This document shows positions 35,134-50,100 of a stretch of DNA of 64,000 nt, one piece after another; position 1 is the stretch's first letter, and every line of letters begins with the position of its first letter. The position numbers were made by a program, and so were the translations under genes. The stretch is from positions 2,985,308 through 3,049,307 of the forward strand of contig MU061578.1 of the NCBI GenBank assembly GCA_013265495.1, in the 5' to 3' direction. Origin of the DNA: Vicugna vicugna (taxonomy: Eukaryota). The notes under the pieces were generated by a model. The model did not search any database. It worked only from the letters and a program-made list of their open reading frames with translations, and was not told the DNA's origin.

Positions 35134-38100
35134 TCAGATCTCGCCGGCCTCCTTTTCCTCCGACCTCCGAGAAGCGGCCTTCCCGTTGGCACTCTCCAGC
35201 CTCCAGTCGGTGGCCCCCCGCTCATTCCGCCCGCGCTCCCAGGACTCCTCCCTCGAGGCCCGCTCTCTGGAGAACCTGGGAAAGGGAACCAGAGGCTCAG
35301 CGAGGGCTGGCACTCCCTTCTGGCTGCAACTCAGGTACCGACACCTTGGACCAGGTCAGGGAGGGCCAAGACCCACCATAGCTAGGAGGGCCCCCAGCAG
35401 GCCAGAGGGCAGACCGGCCTGCTGTCTTGTGCTCAACCCGCTGACAGGGACTGTGAGGCAGCCACTAGAAAGTGATATTTGCAAAGGTTTCCAATAACAG
35501 GGAAGGTTTCACCACAATGTAAACAGCACAAAGGAAAATACAAAAGTTCACACGTGGAACATGATCCATTATATAAGTAATGGAAAAAACAATATTTAAA
35601 ATCAATCTTACCAAAGCCTACAGTGGTCATCTCTGAGTAAGACTATTAGTGGTGGGTTTGTTTTTCCCTTAAAAAACCATGACAGAGGTAAGGAGGGGCT
35701 CTGTGTACCAAAACGACAGTGAGCGTGCTGCCCTGAGCACGCCCATGCCCATGTGGGACCCTCTCTATTGCCCTCCACAGTCCCAGTCCTGAATCCATCT
35801 GCTGCTCTTGGCTTAAGGTTCCTGGTGCCTCAAGGTCTTAGTACTCAGTCCCACAGATGACAGACCCCCAGACCCTTGCATACAAGAAGGGGCTCACTCC
35901 TGGTTGCAGCTACTGAAGGAGTCAGAGTAGTTACTTGTATTTTGAACTCCGGTCCCTGGATGCCCGGCGGTGGCCCCGGCTGTGGCTTCGGGAGCGGCTT
36001 CGGTGGCGCCGGTGTCTGTCTCGGGACCGGGACCGGGAAGACTTTCGCCGCTCTCTGGAGGTAGATCTTGACCGCCTCCGACGCCGGTCCCGGGAACGCG
36101 ACCTGCAGTGGACGTGCTCTGCTGATGCTTTACTGCCGTCTCTCCTATTCTCCCACAAACTGACAACTTGGTCTTAACAGTCCCATCTATTACAAGAATG
36201 GTTATGGCCAGACCCTTCCCACCGATGCCTCCTGAAAATTTGCCAGGAAATTCCCAGCTGCCCGACAGACAGGCCTCAGCGGGGCCCTGATCGTCCCCTT
36301 CATGGACAATGGACTCCCCATCCCCAAGCTGCACTAGTCCCCAACCTACCCCAACTACACACAGGATTTGAGTCTCACCCATGTCCTGTGCCCTTTATGA
36401 GCCATCCCTGACCACCACATAATAACTGTGACGTTACCAATGTTGAGTATTAAGAAAAACACATGCGGAAAAGAATATCTTACTGAGAAGGCTCTAACAG
36501 ATCTGGAAACCTACCTCCTGCGATCTCTGGTTCTTGATCCAGACCTAAAATGGAGAAAAAGATGAATAATTTCCCCACAACAGCCCCTTCCCTTACTTTT
36601 GAGGGGAGGTACGCCAAGTCCACATGGTGAAGAAGGGCCAACTTCCAACAGAGACACGCCAGGAGGCCTGCCCCCAGCCCCAGCCCCCAGGGGTCCATGC
36701 TGCACTGAGTTTAACTAGAGGCTCTGCAAACTCTTCACAGTGGACACCAGCTCAACTATGCAGACACTCACATGGCAGAAGAGAGAATTGAGAATATTCA
36801 CCTTCCAAACACAGGTTCACTGCCAGTGAGGGTCACATGAGCTCCTTAGGAAACATTATACAATCAGCAACCCAAGAAATGCACAACAAGGTGTCATTTC
36901 ACACCCTGCTCTAAGAGGGTGCCACCAACCTGTGCTGAGGAGGAAGTGACAAAAGATGCTCACACACCATGTTGCCGGAGGGTGATATGATAAAGCACCT
37001 TGGAAAGCAATTTTTATAAAATCTATCAATATTTATATATTAAATTCCTTTATCCCCAGAATTCTAAGTAATGTTATAAACCCTCAAAATATACAAAGAT
37101 AATCACTAGAGTACTCATTCAAAAATCGCTTTATAAAAACTTAGTCCTCAAAAATTAAAATGCAAAGGCAACAAAAGCAAAAGCCAACAACTGAGACGTT
37201 AAGACTAAACAGCTTCTGCACAATAAAGGAAACCATCAACAAAATAAAAATGCAACATACTGAATGGGAGAAAATATCTGCAAAACACGTATCTGACAAG
37301 GGACTAATATACAAAATATATAAAGAATTCATATAACTCTAAACAGAAAAAAAAATTCGATTAAAAAATGAGCAGAGGATCTGAATAGACATCTTTCCAA
37401 AGAAGACATAGAGGGCCAACAAAAACATGAAAAGATGCTTAGCATCACTAATCATCAGGGAGATGCAAATCAAAATCATGAGATATCACCTCACACCTGT
37501 CAAATACTATTATCAAAAAAGACAAGAAATAACAAGTGTTGGCGAGGATGTGGGCTTGTACGCTGTTGGTGGGAATGTAAACTGGTGCAGCCACTGTGGA
37601 AAAACAATGTGGAAATTCTTCAAAAAAAATTAAAACAGGCCCCCATCCCAGTCCAGCCAGCTCACTCTGGCTAGCTCCGGCCCGGGGCCACCCCCGACAC
37701 ACCCCGGCCAGCTGGGGTACCCGAGGTGCTGCACCACGACCCTCTGCACCCCTGCGAACACGGCACTGCTAGCGGCGCACAGCACGCGGGCCAGTCTGCA
37801 GCCTGAGCGCCATCTCTGCGCCTGCTGCACCCTGCCTGCCGTGGCCTTGCGGGCTGCGGGTGGACGCAGTCCAGATGCTGCGCACTGGCCCGGCTCTGCT
37901 CCCCGTGCGCAAATTCAGACAAACATGAATGGATAACGAAAGAAAACGGTGTTGGAATAGTGGGAATCAGCAATTTTGCACAGGAAGCTTGGGGAGATGT
38001 TGTTTACTGTAGTCTGTCTGAAGTTGGGACAAAATTGAACAAACAAGAGGAGTTTGGTGCTTTGGAAAGTGTGAAAGCTGCTAGTGAATTCTATTCTCTA

Positions 38101-41100
38101 TCTGGAGAATTTACTGAAATTAATGAAGCTCTAGCAGAAAATCCAAGACTTGTCAACAAATCTTGTTATGAAGATGGTTGGCTGATCAAGATGACACTCA
38201 GTAATCCTTCAGAACTAGATGAACTAATGAGTGAAGAAGCATATGAGAAATACATAAAATCTACTGAAGAGTGAAAATGGAACCCTTAAATCAACTAGTT
38301 TGAAACAAACAAAAAAATAAATTAAAACAGAACTACCATATGATTCAGCAATTCCAATTCTCAGTATTTACCCAAAGGAAAAAAAATCAGTACCTCGAAA
38401 AGATACCTATACCCCCATGTTCGCTGCTGCATTATTTACAACAGCCTAGACATGGAAACAACCTAAGTGTCCACTGACAGACAAACAGATAAAAATGATG
38501 TGTGTGTGTATATATATATACACACAGATACACACACACACACACACACACAAAGGGGTGTTGTTTGGCCATTAAAAAAAGGAAATTCTGCCATTTGCAA
38601 CAACATGGATGGACCCTGAGAGCATTATGTTAAATGAAACAAGTCTAATAGAAAAAGATAAATACAGTATGACCTCAGTTCTATGTAGAATCAAAAAAAA
38701 AAAAAAAATCAAACTCATAGACACAGAGAAGACTGGTGGTTGAAAGAGGTGGGGGAGGGGTGTGCAAAAAGGGTAAAAGTGGAGGGTAAAAAGGACAGTT
38801 GAGTACAAGATCACTGCAGGGTGCTGTGTAGCCATCAAGAGCACACCTGCTGTGGGAAGGTCTTACATGTGGAAGCCATGTACCTGTGCACACAACACAT
38901 CCCACGACAGTGGTCACCTCTGTATAAAAAGACCCTTGTGTGTTTTGCTTAATACAGTTCTGTATTGTTTTAGTCTCTTTATAATAAATCAGAATGTTAG
39001 ATAATTAAAATAATGAAAATACAAAATACACAACAAACATTTGCCCAGAGCGATCCTGAGGAATTCCTTCAGGAAAGCCGTTCCTGGCCTTTCAAGGACA
39101 AGCAGCTGTGTCCAACACGAGAGCATGGTCACTGCTGGCTCCAGCCTCTACCCTGAACTCTGACTAGATTTGAGTCTCCACCTGGATGTCTCTTAGGCAT
39201 CTCAAATATGGCCAGAGCGAAACTCTATTCCCCAGCTCTTCCTCACCCCAGTACAATGCCCCTAGTGGCCCCCACCTTCAGATCAGAAACCATGAGGCCA
39301 GTTCCATTCCCCCTCCAACCATCTACCAGCAAATCCTATCAGCTCTATCTCAGAACACATCCAGACCCTTCCTGCTCTCCCATGGTTCAAACTGCCACCT
39401 CCTTGGCCTGGACCCTCCCGGCCAGCTCATGTTCTCACTGCTTCCACCTCTCACCCACACCAGAGCCTTTCCCAGGTGGGTCGTGCCCACTGTGGGTGTG
39501 ACAGTGTGAGAGTGGGCTCCCTTCCGGAATATCAGCTCCTGCCTGTCTTCCGGGCCAAGCGTTAAAACCACAGGAGGCATGAGCAGCAGGTCCTTCTGAG
39601 GGCCACACCTTTACAGGCGAGAATGAATTCACCACAGCTGTTCATGCAGCTTGGATGGCACTGTCCTCGCCACACAGCTGTGCACAGGTTCTCTGGGGCC
39701 AGCCAGACCTCAAGCGTCACAAGCAACGGGGCATAGAAATGAGGAGTGTTTCCCTAGGCCACATCACAGTGGGCTCACCTCCTGCTCAGCCGCTCCTCCC
39801 GCTCCCTTTCCTCTCTCCTCCTCAGTCGATCCTGATTTCTCTTCTCTTGCTTTTCAGCCACAGTTTTCTAAATAAGCGAAAAATTGAAAGATAAAAGGAA
39901 GTTACGGAAAGTAGAGTGCAAAAGTTGTTTAACAAAGTACCTTGACCTTGGTATTGACAATTTAAGAACCTAAGATAAACTCAGGACACAGAAACACAAT
40001 TCTTTTTAAAATCTTTTAAACGATGGAAAATATGTGGGGAAAAAAAAACTATTACAGTTTATAAATTCAATGACAAACTGTGTATTCTAGAAGGTGCTGT
40101 ACTTGTAAGTCATAGAAAGTTTATCACATTGCTTCAAATCAATCCAGAAAGTTACTTTTTTACCCAAAGGAGACTCCACAAACTTTGTGTAAAAGAGAAC
40201 ACGTGTACCTGACCAAACACATCTTGCTGCTGGGAGGCAAGCTCTCTTGCCAAGGAGCACCCTGTTCTGGGATGCTGATGACCTCACGGGGACAGCAAGC
40301 CAGGGAGGTGGACCATCAGCTCCACACTTGTCGCATCAAGCTCAATTGTGCTGAGTGCAACAGAAAAGGAAGCCCAACAGGCAGGAGTGGCCTAGAAACC
40401 CCTCTACTGGAGCACCATCCACACAGCTTAGCTCAAAAGACCCCCACATCAGAACCTTTCAATGCTCCCATCCCCTCATCGCTCTGCCAAGGGAAATGAA
40501 GCCCCCAGAGGGTAACGTAGGGGGAAGAGTTACAGACAAAGGTCTATGGGGGATGACTTTAACTCTCAGGCCCTCTGGAAGAGAGGGCATAGCAAGGATG
40601 GGGAGAGAGGCAAATTTTCCTCCTCAGAGCACTCTCAGGTGCAAGAACCTTCCCACCTGGCACCTCTAACTCTTCCCCTCTGATTTCGTTCATCTGGCCT
40701 GTGGTCTGGCATCATCTCTGCAAACCGTCCCTGTTCCCTAAAACACCATGTTCCCCTACCTGACAAAAGCCCTGCCTCTTACCATCTTACGTCTACCTTG
40801 GTGTGGGGCCCTGTGGTGTGAACACCCTTGGGACCACTGTGAGCAAACCCATCTCCAATTAGGGCACAGGACTCCCACCCTCCTCATCGTTAAGAGGTAC
40901 ACTTCCAAATATATTTTCTGTCAATAGTTTAATGACTATTTATCAAAATCCATAATTTATCTGTGTTGTTCTATCAACTACATGCTGTTCATTAGACCAG
41001 TGATAAAACATGATTTCCACATTAAGTTAATACTTAAGTTCTTCAGGTTTCAGGGGGGGAAGTTTCAGTATATCCTGATGCAAAAATACATCTTAAAAAA

Positions 41101-44100
41101 AAAACAGAACGCTTTCAAGTATAAAAACTATTAGGACAAAATTTGGGGATGTTATGGAATGAAAATACAATTTAAAGGAAAAATGGGATGCAACAATTCC
41201 AACTGCTAAGGAGCAGATTTTTAATGGTGATGGTAGTTGATACCAAACTGTTATTTTATATTCTATTGGGTACATATAAAATACTCTACATGTTTTATGC
41301 TGATAAACATAATTTAAAAAATTCCAACTTAAAAATGTGTGATAAAGAGTATCATCTTCCAAAATTCTACTCGGAGCACAGGAGCAAAATGTTTCAAGAT
41401 CAGTGGTGAGAATATCCTCACTGCCACCCAACTCCCTCTCTTAGTGCCAAGTCACACATCACCTACTGTGGAACCCCTCCTGTGTGCAGGGCTCTGCCAC
41501 CTGTTGCACGTTCTTGCGGGCCACAAGGCCCAAGGCCTTGACTGTGGTGTCCTACAGTCAGATACCATGTATCTGTCCTTCCACGGATGCCAGGTGTCTG
41601 GAGAGAAGGCCTGCATGTTTCCTAGCAGCCCATCGTAGGGTCTAGTACCCAATAGGGAAGGTTCCGTCAGTTTGAAGAAGACAACTCATAATATATGAAA
41701 CCTGTTTAACCCTCCTTCTCAGCGTTCTATACCTAGGATATCTAATACTTTAAAGCCTAACATGAGGAAGGGACAGAGGCATCAGTGGTGGGACAGGGCT
41801 ATCATAAAACCCCCCACCATCTTCTCGTCCTTCTAGCCTGATCACCCCTCCATGTGTTGGCCTCTGTCTGAAAAGAAAAACTACAGACTACTTACTGGCT
41901 CCTTCCCATCTCCAAATAAGCTTTTCCAGAGGTGTGCAAGAACTGTCTTGTACCCTGGAACCGGATATTGTCATTTTCTTCTGTACACAAGGGGTTACAG
42001 ACTAAATAAATACCGAAGGCCCTGCTAGATTCTGCGATCTCAGGTCTCTTACGTGCACAAACTGATGAACTCTGAGTAGTTCACCACAAAACCCAAGGCA
42101 TGATCTTAGGATCGCAAATTAAGGCTTTCTACAAGCAAGGAAATGTGAAGGTGATCACAAGACTTTTCAGGTTTCTTCAGAAACACAGGACATTAACATA
42201 CCCTCAATTGATCAAGCTTCTCACGGATCTGAATGAACCCTAAGTGTAACTTGCCCCCGAAGTGGTCTGCAAGACGACGGTCATTGTCATGGAGACCAAG
42301 GTAGGCTGAACAGACCTCACAGACACGCAGCTTCTGCTGTTGAAAACTGGATGCAGGCATGGAATTTCTGTATTCTTCCTGGAGAACGGGAACAGAGTGA
42401 TAAAAGTGAGGTATACTCAAATACTACCATATACTCAACCCCTAAAATGTAAACATTTGAATGGACTACAGAGATGACTTTTAAATACACAGAAACTGAA
42501 TTGTTTACAAACCTTCAGATATTTGGAACCAAACCAATGTTAACTGTTTATGTAAGAAATGAACAGTCATGATTTCAAAGCAACAAGGGGTATTCAGAAT
42601 ACTCAAACAGGATGCTGTGTGTTCTAAAAAGGCTAGCAGGGAAGGAAGGTAGGTCTCTGCTATGATGGAGAGCTCTAGGAGGACTAGAGAAGAGGTGAGA
42701 ATCTTCAACAGGGGCCTTAAGAAAAGAAAAAAACTAAACCAAATAGTCAAGCAAAAAACATAAGAGAATCCATGAAGACTGTCCCAATATCCAGGAAACT
42801 ATATCCCAGTGCAGCCCTGAGAGTTAAAATTCAGAAGGACAAACACATTAGACACTTTCTTCAAAGGAAGGGTGTACAACAGAACAAACAAAACACTCTC
42901 CCTCCTGCAGCCAGTGCAGTCTTACCCTACTTACAAGCAGTCACTCGGCCTCAGAGCAAAATACTCAAAATACAAAAGAAAATGAACCAGGACAGGACAT
43001 CATTATTGCTGCTTGTGCTTAAGTTAAAATGCTCCTTCAAAATCTAAGTTTAAGAAATGCATTTCAATAGTCATTTATCCTTAAAGGGAAGACGGAATGT
43101 AATCATCTTCCATTAATTCACACATTCCAAACATTCCCAGGGAAATGCAAATTAAAATAAGTGACCACATCATTCACTAAATTGGCAAAGATATAAAGAA
43201 AACAGGCACTCTCACACACTGATGGCAGGAGTCTCAGTTGGTACAGCTGCCACAAAGTGCAACTCAATAACGTGTCTGTACAGTGGGATCATAAGAAACT
43301 CTCCTTCCAGGTGACATCCCAGGACACTCACACTTGCACCAAAGGACAGGTGCAAGGACATACACAGCAGAACTGGTTGTAAAATGAGAAACCATCAGTA
43401 ACCTAGAAAACCGCTGCCAACGGACAGCCATGTGCCCCCAAAATGGAGTCCTCCAGCAGTCTAAATGAACCAAATGAACATATCAACTAATGAAGTAAAG
43501 CAACTAAATGAATGCGTCACTGACTGAACACATCTGCCTGAGGATTCTTGGAAGGAGCTCACCAACAACACAGATGACAACACAGAAAGACCTGCAGCGT
43601 TGACACGGGACTTTTAAATGCCCAAGGTGCACACGTAGTTTACAGGTACACGTGTCCTATGAAGTACAGGGACAGCACCAAAGATTATGTTAAATGCACG
43701 CTCTCATCTCTGGGTGGGGAGAGAACTGGGACTAGAGAAAGAAACATTGGGAACTCAAGCTTCCATTATAATGCTACATCTTTCATTAGAAGGAAAAAAA
43801 AATTGTAAGCCAAAGTCAAAGTGCTAAGTATGGTGGGTACACAAATATTTGTGATACTATTCTGCCCCTTTCTGTAGTTTTGAAACTTTGAATGCCATCC
43901 TCTAATATCTTTCAAAATAAATTGTTAATTATGCTGAATGAGAAAAGTCAATCCCAAAGTTTACATATTGTATGACTCCATTATGTAACATTCTTAAAAT
44001 GACCAAAGCTTAAGAATGGAAGACAGATTAGTGGTTGCCAGGAGTCATACAAGTGAGCATGGCTACAAAAGGGCAGCAGGCAGGACCTTTGGAGAGATGG

Positions 44101-47100
44101 ATGTTCTGAATCAGTGTCAGTATTCTTTCCATGAGATGTTATGCTATAGTTTTTTAAGACGGTACCATTGGGAGAAACTGGGTAAACAGCACAGAGCATC
44201 TCTCTGTATTATTTCTTAGGACTCCTAAACAGCCTTGCCCGCTAATGAGGGCAGAAAGGGCACTACAGAGACCAGCACTGCCGAGGTCTCCCCGACACCA
44301 TCTTGTCTTGCCTGGTGGTTTTAAGGAAGGGGCACTGCCACCTGGGGGCACTTGCGTGATGGAGACAGGGGACAGTGGCCAAGGCAAGGACACTCGGCAG
44401 TCCTGGGCATAAGCAGCCCTGTGACCCATATCCTTCTGCCCCTTCAGCTGTCTGCAGACATCCGAGTGGTGACTCCCTACAATTACTTTAGCCTACGCAC
44501 AAACCTCAGAGACACCTAACAGTTTCTGGTGACTGCTCTGCTCTTCAAAGCAGAAGGGCTTGGCCTCGGGATTCACCCAGAGGCCAGAGCTTCCTTCCTG
44601 ACCCTCTAGCCTTTCTGCTGAAGCTGTCAGCAGTCCAGGGGGCCTGACTTTTTTCTACATATAAACACAAATTTCCTATTTAAGTATACAGAGATTTAGA
44701 CCCTCTAAGAATTTTTATGTAGGACTTACATAAACATACAAGGATTTAAATTCTGTGCAAAACGCAGGACTTAAATATGCAGGTTCACATTGTGAGTGCT
44801 TGTCTCCTCCCCTCTTTCTGTTAAGAATGGGCTATATATATCACCTACAGACGTCACGGAAGGAGGTGCTGGGTGGTCAGGGGCACAATGCATCAGCTCA
44901 GCACCATCTCCCCACAGACAAGCGCTGCTGACCTCAATCTGGAAAGCACTCTTGACAATGATCTCTTCACTTACATCACTGCCTCAGTGGGTATCACTCC
45001 CACACCCACAGGTCCTGGGCACTATTCATGCATTCAGTTTATCATCACTGAGCTCCTACTATGTGTCAGACACCATGAGCCAGGGGCACAGCAACAACCA
45101 AAACCAGCCCTGCACTAGGGAGTCTACTTGCAATCTCACCCCACTCAGCCTCCCTACCCCTCCATTTTGAGAACCTTCTCATCTGGGTCTCAGCTAAGGG
45201 GCCTTCCAGGATCACCCTGCCCTACCTGGAGACACCTTGTACTCCAAGTCACTCTCAAACCGAGATCACATTTATTTTAAGCACCCATCTTCATCAGTCA
45301 ATCTTATCCGCTGCTCACACCTCTACTCTTTGGACCTTGCCCCACACCAGTGCCATCTCCACCAGAGAAGGGAATCTCCCAGCTTGCTCATAACTATAAA
45401 AGTGCCTGTCACACAATGAGCACCAACTAAAGCAACACACCTATCCATGTCTTCCTCTGACTCTACCATTCCCACCACTCTAGAAGCCAACCCAAGCCAC
45501 ATCCAATTCCAGTGGTGAGGACCAGAGAACCAGAGAGGATCCAATAAAGAAAATAATCTAGGAAGAAGACGGTTGTCACTGATAGAAACACTGGGTCCTA
45601 AAGGCACCTGGCTGCCACCCCAACCGATACGGATCTCTCCACTGAAGACATGGCATCACTAAGAACACCAGGCCTTATTCTCACAGCATCCACACAAGTC
45701 CAGCCCAATCACACAAGCTGACACCCACCATGGCCCCTCAACTTCATGGGAGCCAGAGGAACAGACACGAGGTGCTCACTAACACTCCCCCACTGACTTT
45801 TACACTCAGGACTGCACTTCACACATGGAAATTATGCTCAGAGCTGGCAACAGACTAGTCTGAGGCCACACAGGGGTCATGGGGGCAGAGCAAAGACACA
45901 AACTCAAGTATGTGCTGACTCTCAATCCTACTATCCTGCCAATATACCACCCTATTTCCAACTCCTTCCCAATATTCAAAACATGGAGGCACAGCTTAAT
46001 TTTAGCCCAAATGGTCAATTCTCTGAAGTTACTAAGTTTCCTTCTTCTCTAAGACATTTTTCTCACCAACCTCAGCCTCTTTTTTCTTTGCACGGACTTT
46101 CTCCACTTCCATAAGAATCTTTTGGGATTCATCCACATTTCCTTCTGCTCCCAGCTGCTCAGCTTTAGCAAGAAGTTTTCCTATTTCTTCGTTCAACTCA
46201 TGTACTTTTTCCGCCTGGGAGAGAGAAAAACAATCAGGTAAGCAGACATCTAAAACCAAAAGACTTTTTAATGCAAAGAAAATGAGTGTTTCACTGCATT
46301 TGTTTTTTTCACCGAAAATAAACAGGCTGAAACCCTCACTGATCATATGCGAATTCTAACGATTACCACACCCCTACTGCCACCACTGAGACTGACCATA
46401 AACGAAACCCAAGCACTGTGTTGCAATAAAAGCAGCAGCACCTCTTACTTCCCACAGATTGCAAGGATCATTGTGTTGGTCAGTTTCTAGGCTGTCTTTT
46501 TATGTCTTCTATTACAGATCATTCTTCCAGGTAAGGGTAATAAAATGCGTGCATTTAAATTCATACACTTACACTGTAAGCAAAATGCCTAATTATTGGG
46601 ATTTGCTGTCCGAAATAAAACAGCATCTTTGGTCCAGTTAGCAACTGCCTATTTCCTAAGAAATGCTTTTATAAAACTGAAAGGAAAAAAAACACTGAAG
46701 AGAGTTCTGCTGAAGAGGCAACAAGAGTAACTCAGACGACACACAGGTCAATTCTAAACAGATCTACTTTCTTCTTCCATGATATGGATGCACCATAGTT
46801 TAACCATTTCCCTACTAACTTTCTCCCATTTCCTATTATGGAGGAACATTAAAAAAACAAACTTCAAAAAACATGAACGGTGTCGGGAGGGACAGAGGCT
46901 ACAGCCCCTTGGGGTGAGAACTTGGTGATGGCCTTCCCTCCTTAGAAGAACAGCCAAGGCTCTAAGTTCCATCCACCCTAAAGATGCACAACCATTGCTG
47001 ACAGTGAGCTGCTAGCTAGATGGCAGCCCAGTTTTCACAAGACGGTGATTTACATCAACAACTTGAGGCGAAGGCATCCCAGGCATACCTTTGCAGAAAC

Positions 47101-50100
47101 TTCTGCACTGATTTCCTCCTGCGTCTCTGCCAGCCGCTTCTTGGCAAGCTCAGTTCTCCGATCACACTCAGCGATAAAGGACTCCAAGTGATCCATCGCC
47201 TGGTTCAGGGGAAGCAGAGAGCTACAATCAATGACATACAGACGACCCCAGAACTCATCTGTTCGATAGGAAATACACTCCTGGGTTGATTTCTTAAAGC
47301 CTGCGGGTTCAGTGGGAAGATCTTAAACTACACTACAGCTAACATGTCCACAATCACATTAAATCAAGGGGCTTTGTTAAACCAAATGATCGTTCAGAAG
47401 CAAGGTCTTCTCAACTGATTTATTTATTTCCAAAATTTTCAAAAGAACCCCCATCCCTCAATAACATTTCCAAGAAATCTGTGAGGAAAATTAAAACACT
47501 TGGCCATAACTAACAGTGTTCTCTGAGGGACAGAAAAGGCTAGACTGAGACTAATGTTAGAGGCCCTCTCCTGGTGAGTTGTGGGAGATGCAGATGATGT
47601 ACTCACTGGTCTTTGTGAGCCACGTAAATATTATTCCCTCATGTTCTGAGGGTAGAGTTCCCCCTTCCACCTCAAAACAAAACAATAGAACAAATGTTAC
47701 TGAGAGCTGTGAACACGTTTAGTTATTGCCTACCATCTAAAGTAGCGGGAAAACTGGTTACTACTTACCCAAAGAGATAAAGGAAAAGACACTCTGAAAA
47801 GAGTTGGTGGAAAACAATAAAATACTAATTAATAAGTGTTGACAAACGCCAGGCAGTTAGTTTGCCCAAACTAGTCAAAGGCCCCAGTATAACTTCAGAT
47901 AAACATACAAATAGGCCATCACTTTTCCAACTGTCAGGCACCTCCTAAGTTACACCAGTGAGTCAGCCTGCTAATGTCAGCGTCAATTAAATACACAGCA
48001 AGTGAGTTTAGCAGTGGATGACAGGGTTAGACAGTGTGATCTACCACCAAAAAATAGCAAAAAGAAAGTTCTGAGTGAAAATGATAATAAGGCAGATGAA
48101 AGTTAGGCCAACACACCAAGTGGTGATAATCTATGTCCCTCCCCCCAAATATGGTCAGGAAAAAGCAGGTCAGCTGATAAGAAAGCACTCTACAAGGATT
48201 AGTGTGACCTGACAGTAGGGACACTGAGGGTTATTTTGTCCAGAAATCTCAAATACTCTCTTCAAATGAATGCATACATGGGAGTAGGTCACAACAGAGA
48301 AGAGGCTCTGTGATGGTGCCATGTCCCCAGGATGCTGGAGAAAGGCTAAAGCATCCTCATCCACCAAGGCCAACTCCCACATTTCACTCCACGCATTTGG
48401 AATTGAGGACCTCTTTCCTGTCGTTGGTCACCCCAATAACCTCGATAAACATTTCACTGTGTTAAAGTCAAATAAGCAATATAGTAAATTACTGGCATTT
48501 GTTTGCCTGCATGCACTGCATTTCCAGAAAATACATAGAGTTGAGCTCTGCTGACAGGTAGGGAGGGACTCACCAGGATCAGAGATCCAGTGAGCTGACT
48601 CAAGTCACGCCCCACATGTGCTCAACTAGGACAATAGCTCCTAATAGATCCGCCTGAGATAACCCAGAGTCACTTATGCACAGGTGCTGAGACTTCGGTG
48701 CAGAATTCCTCTGTTGTCTACCGAAGAAAAGTGATCTCACACCCAAGACAGAGCCAGGGATCCACTCAACAAGGGCTGAGTGGGGAACAGACATCTAGCA
48801 ATTCTGCCAGTGCAACCACTTGCATCTTAAGCAGATACAAACTGGCTATGGACTCAGATCACCTAATAAGCTAAAAATCAGACAGTAAACTTCACAACAT
48901 GTAACAGGTAGAGGGCAGAGATATCTGCCACCTTCTTGGCTCTATTTCACTGCTCCTCCCTCTCTTCAATGTGCTTCTCAATTTCAGATTGGTTCCTAAA
49001 CCAAAGAGCAGGTTTAAAAAAAAGTACTGGAGCCTAAAAACTAAGTCCTAATCATAATCCACCACTTACGAGAAGTAATCCAATCCACTCTGTAACTCAG
49101 GGGTAGTGTGATAAAACACAAACCACTCAGGGTACCTGAGGACAGGACTGGCACATGGCAGGCACACAGGTCTTACTGCTGCTGGAGGCTGTCCCTCCAC
49201 ACACAGCACCATGAAGGTGCTGTCCCTGACTCTGCCTGCCTGGCAGCAATGACCCTGGCCGGCAATCACTAAGCCTGAGACCAGCCTATGTTGTCAACCG
49301 AACAGTCACAGAAACAATACAGCCTCAACACAGCTGCACAGGGACCCTCAAGGTACCCATTTCCCAGATGAAGAAATGGAGGCATAGTATCCAAACTCCT
49401 GAGCAATGGCGTTAGGATGCAAGGATCCTTGTGGTTTGACTCCAAAATCCCTACACTTAATTTCACAGTTCTGAGGCAATTATCGCCAACCCAGTTTATA
49501 GATGAATAGGAAAGTACAAAAATAACTTGCCCAGAGTCACTCAGAAACTCTAACCAGGGTAAGAACTGACTGATAAAACACAACTATCACACTGCACACC
49601 TGCAAGACAGACTAGGTATAATCAGAACTGGCCTCATTTGTATATCAAAGACAGTTTGGAAATTAGCTGAAATGGTGTTGGTCTGGAAACCTGTCAAAGA
49701 AACATGCTGCTCTAAATTAATGAATTAATAGTGCTGTTTGCCTGTGTCCAAGTTGAGAAATTTGAAATGTTGAAATGAGAATTGAGAAATTTATAAAGAT
49801 GACCTAATAGCAGATACTATGCACCTTCTCCTAGGGAATTCCTGGGTATAACACTTCAAGAAATCAAGGCCTGGCCCTTGTCAGGCCGAGGCTTAGCTGG
49901 ACTACAAGGAGCCACTGGTAAGGATCAGGAGCTACCTTTTCCCAGATAACCTGTTTTGGGTGGATCCTGAGTGGAAAAGTGCCAGAGGTCCCAGTCATCA
50001 GTGCAAGCTGAGGGTCTAGGCAGAGAACACCTACGTAAAGAAACACCTTTATGACAATCCTGTCAGGCCTACAAAGAAATACCTCTCTGACTGGCAAAAA

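Larger units (their letters stand above)
37160..38830 (+). mobile_element. L1 3' portion (ORF2 C-terminus and 3' UTR) split by the GCSH retrocopy
   Basis: [25 protein letters not shown]; the L1 text ..TTCAAAAAAAATTAAAACAG resumes at 38331 with AACTACCATATGATTCAGCAATTCC. Confidence 0.85.
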
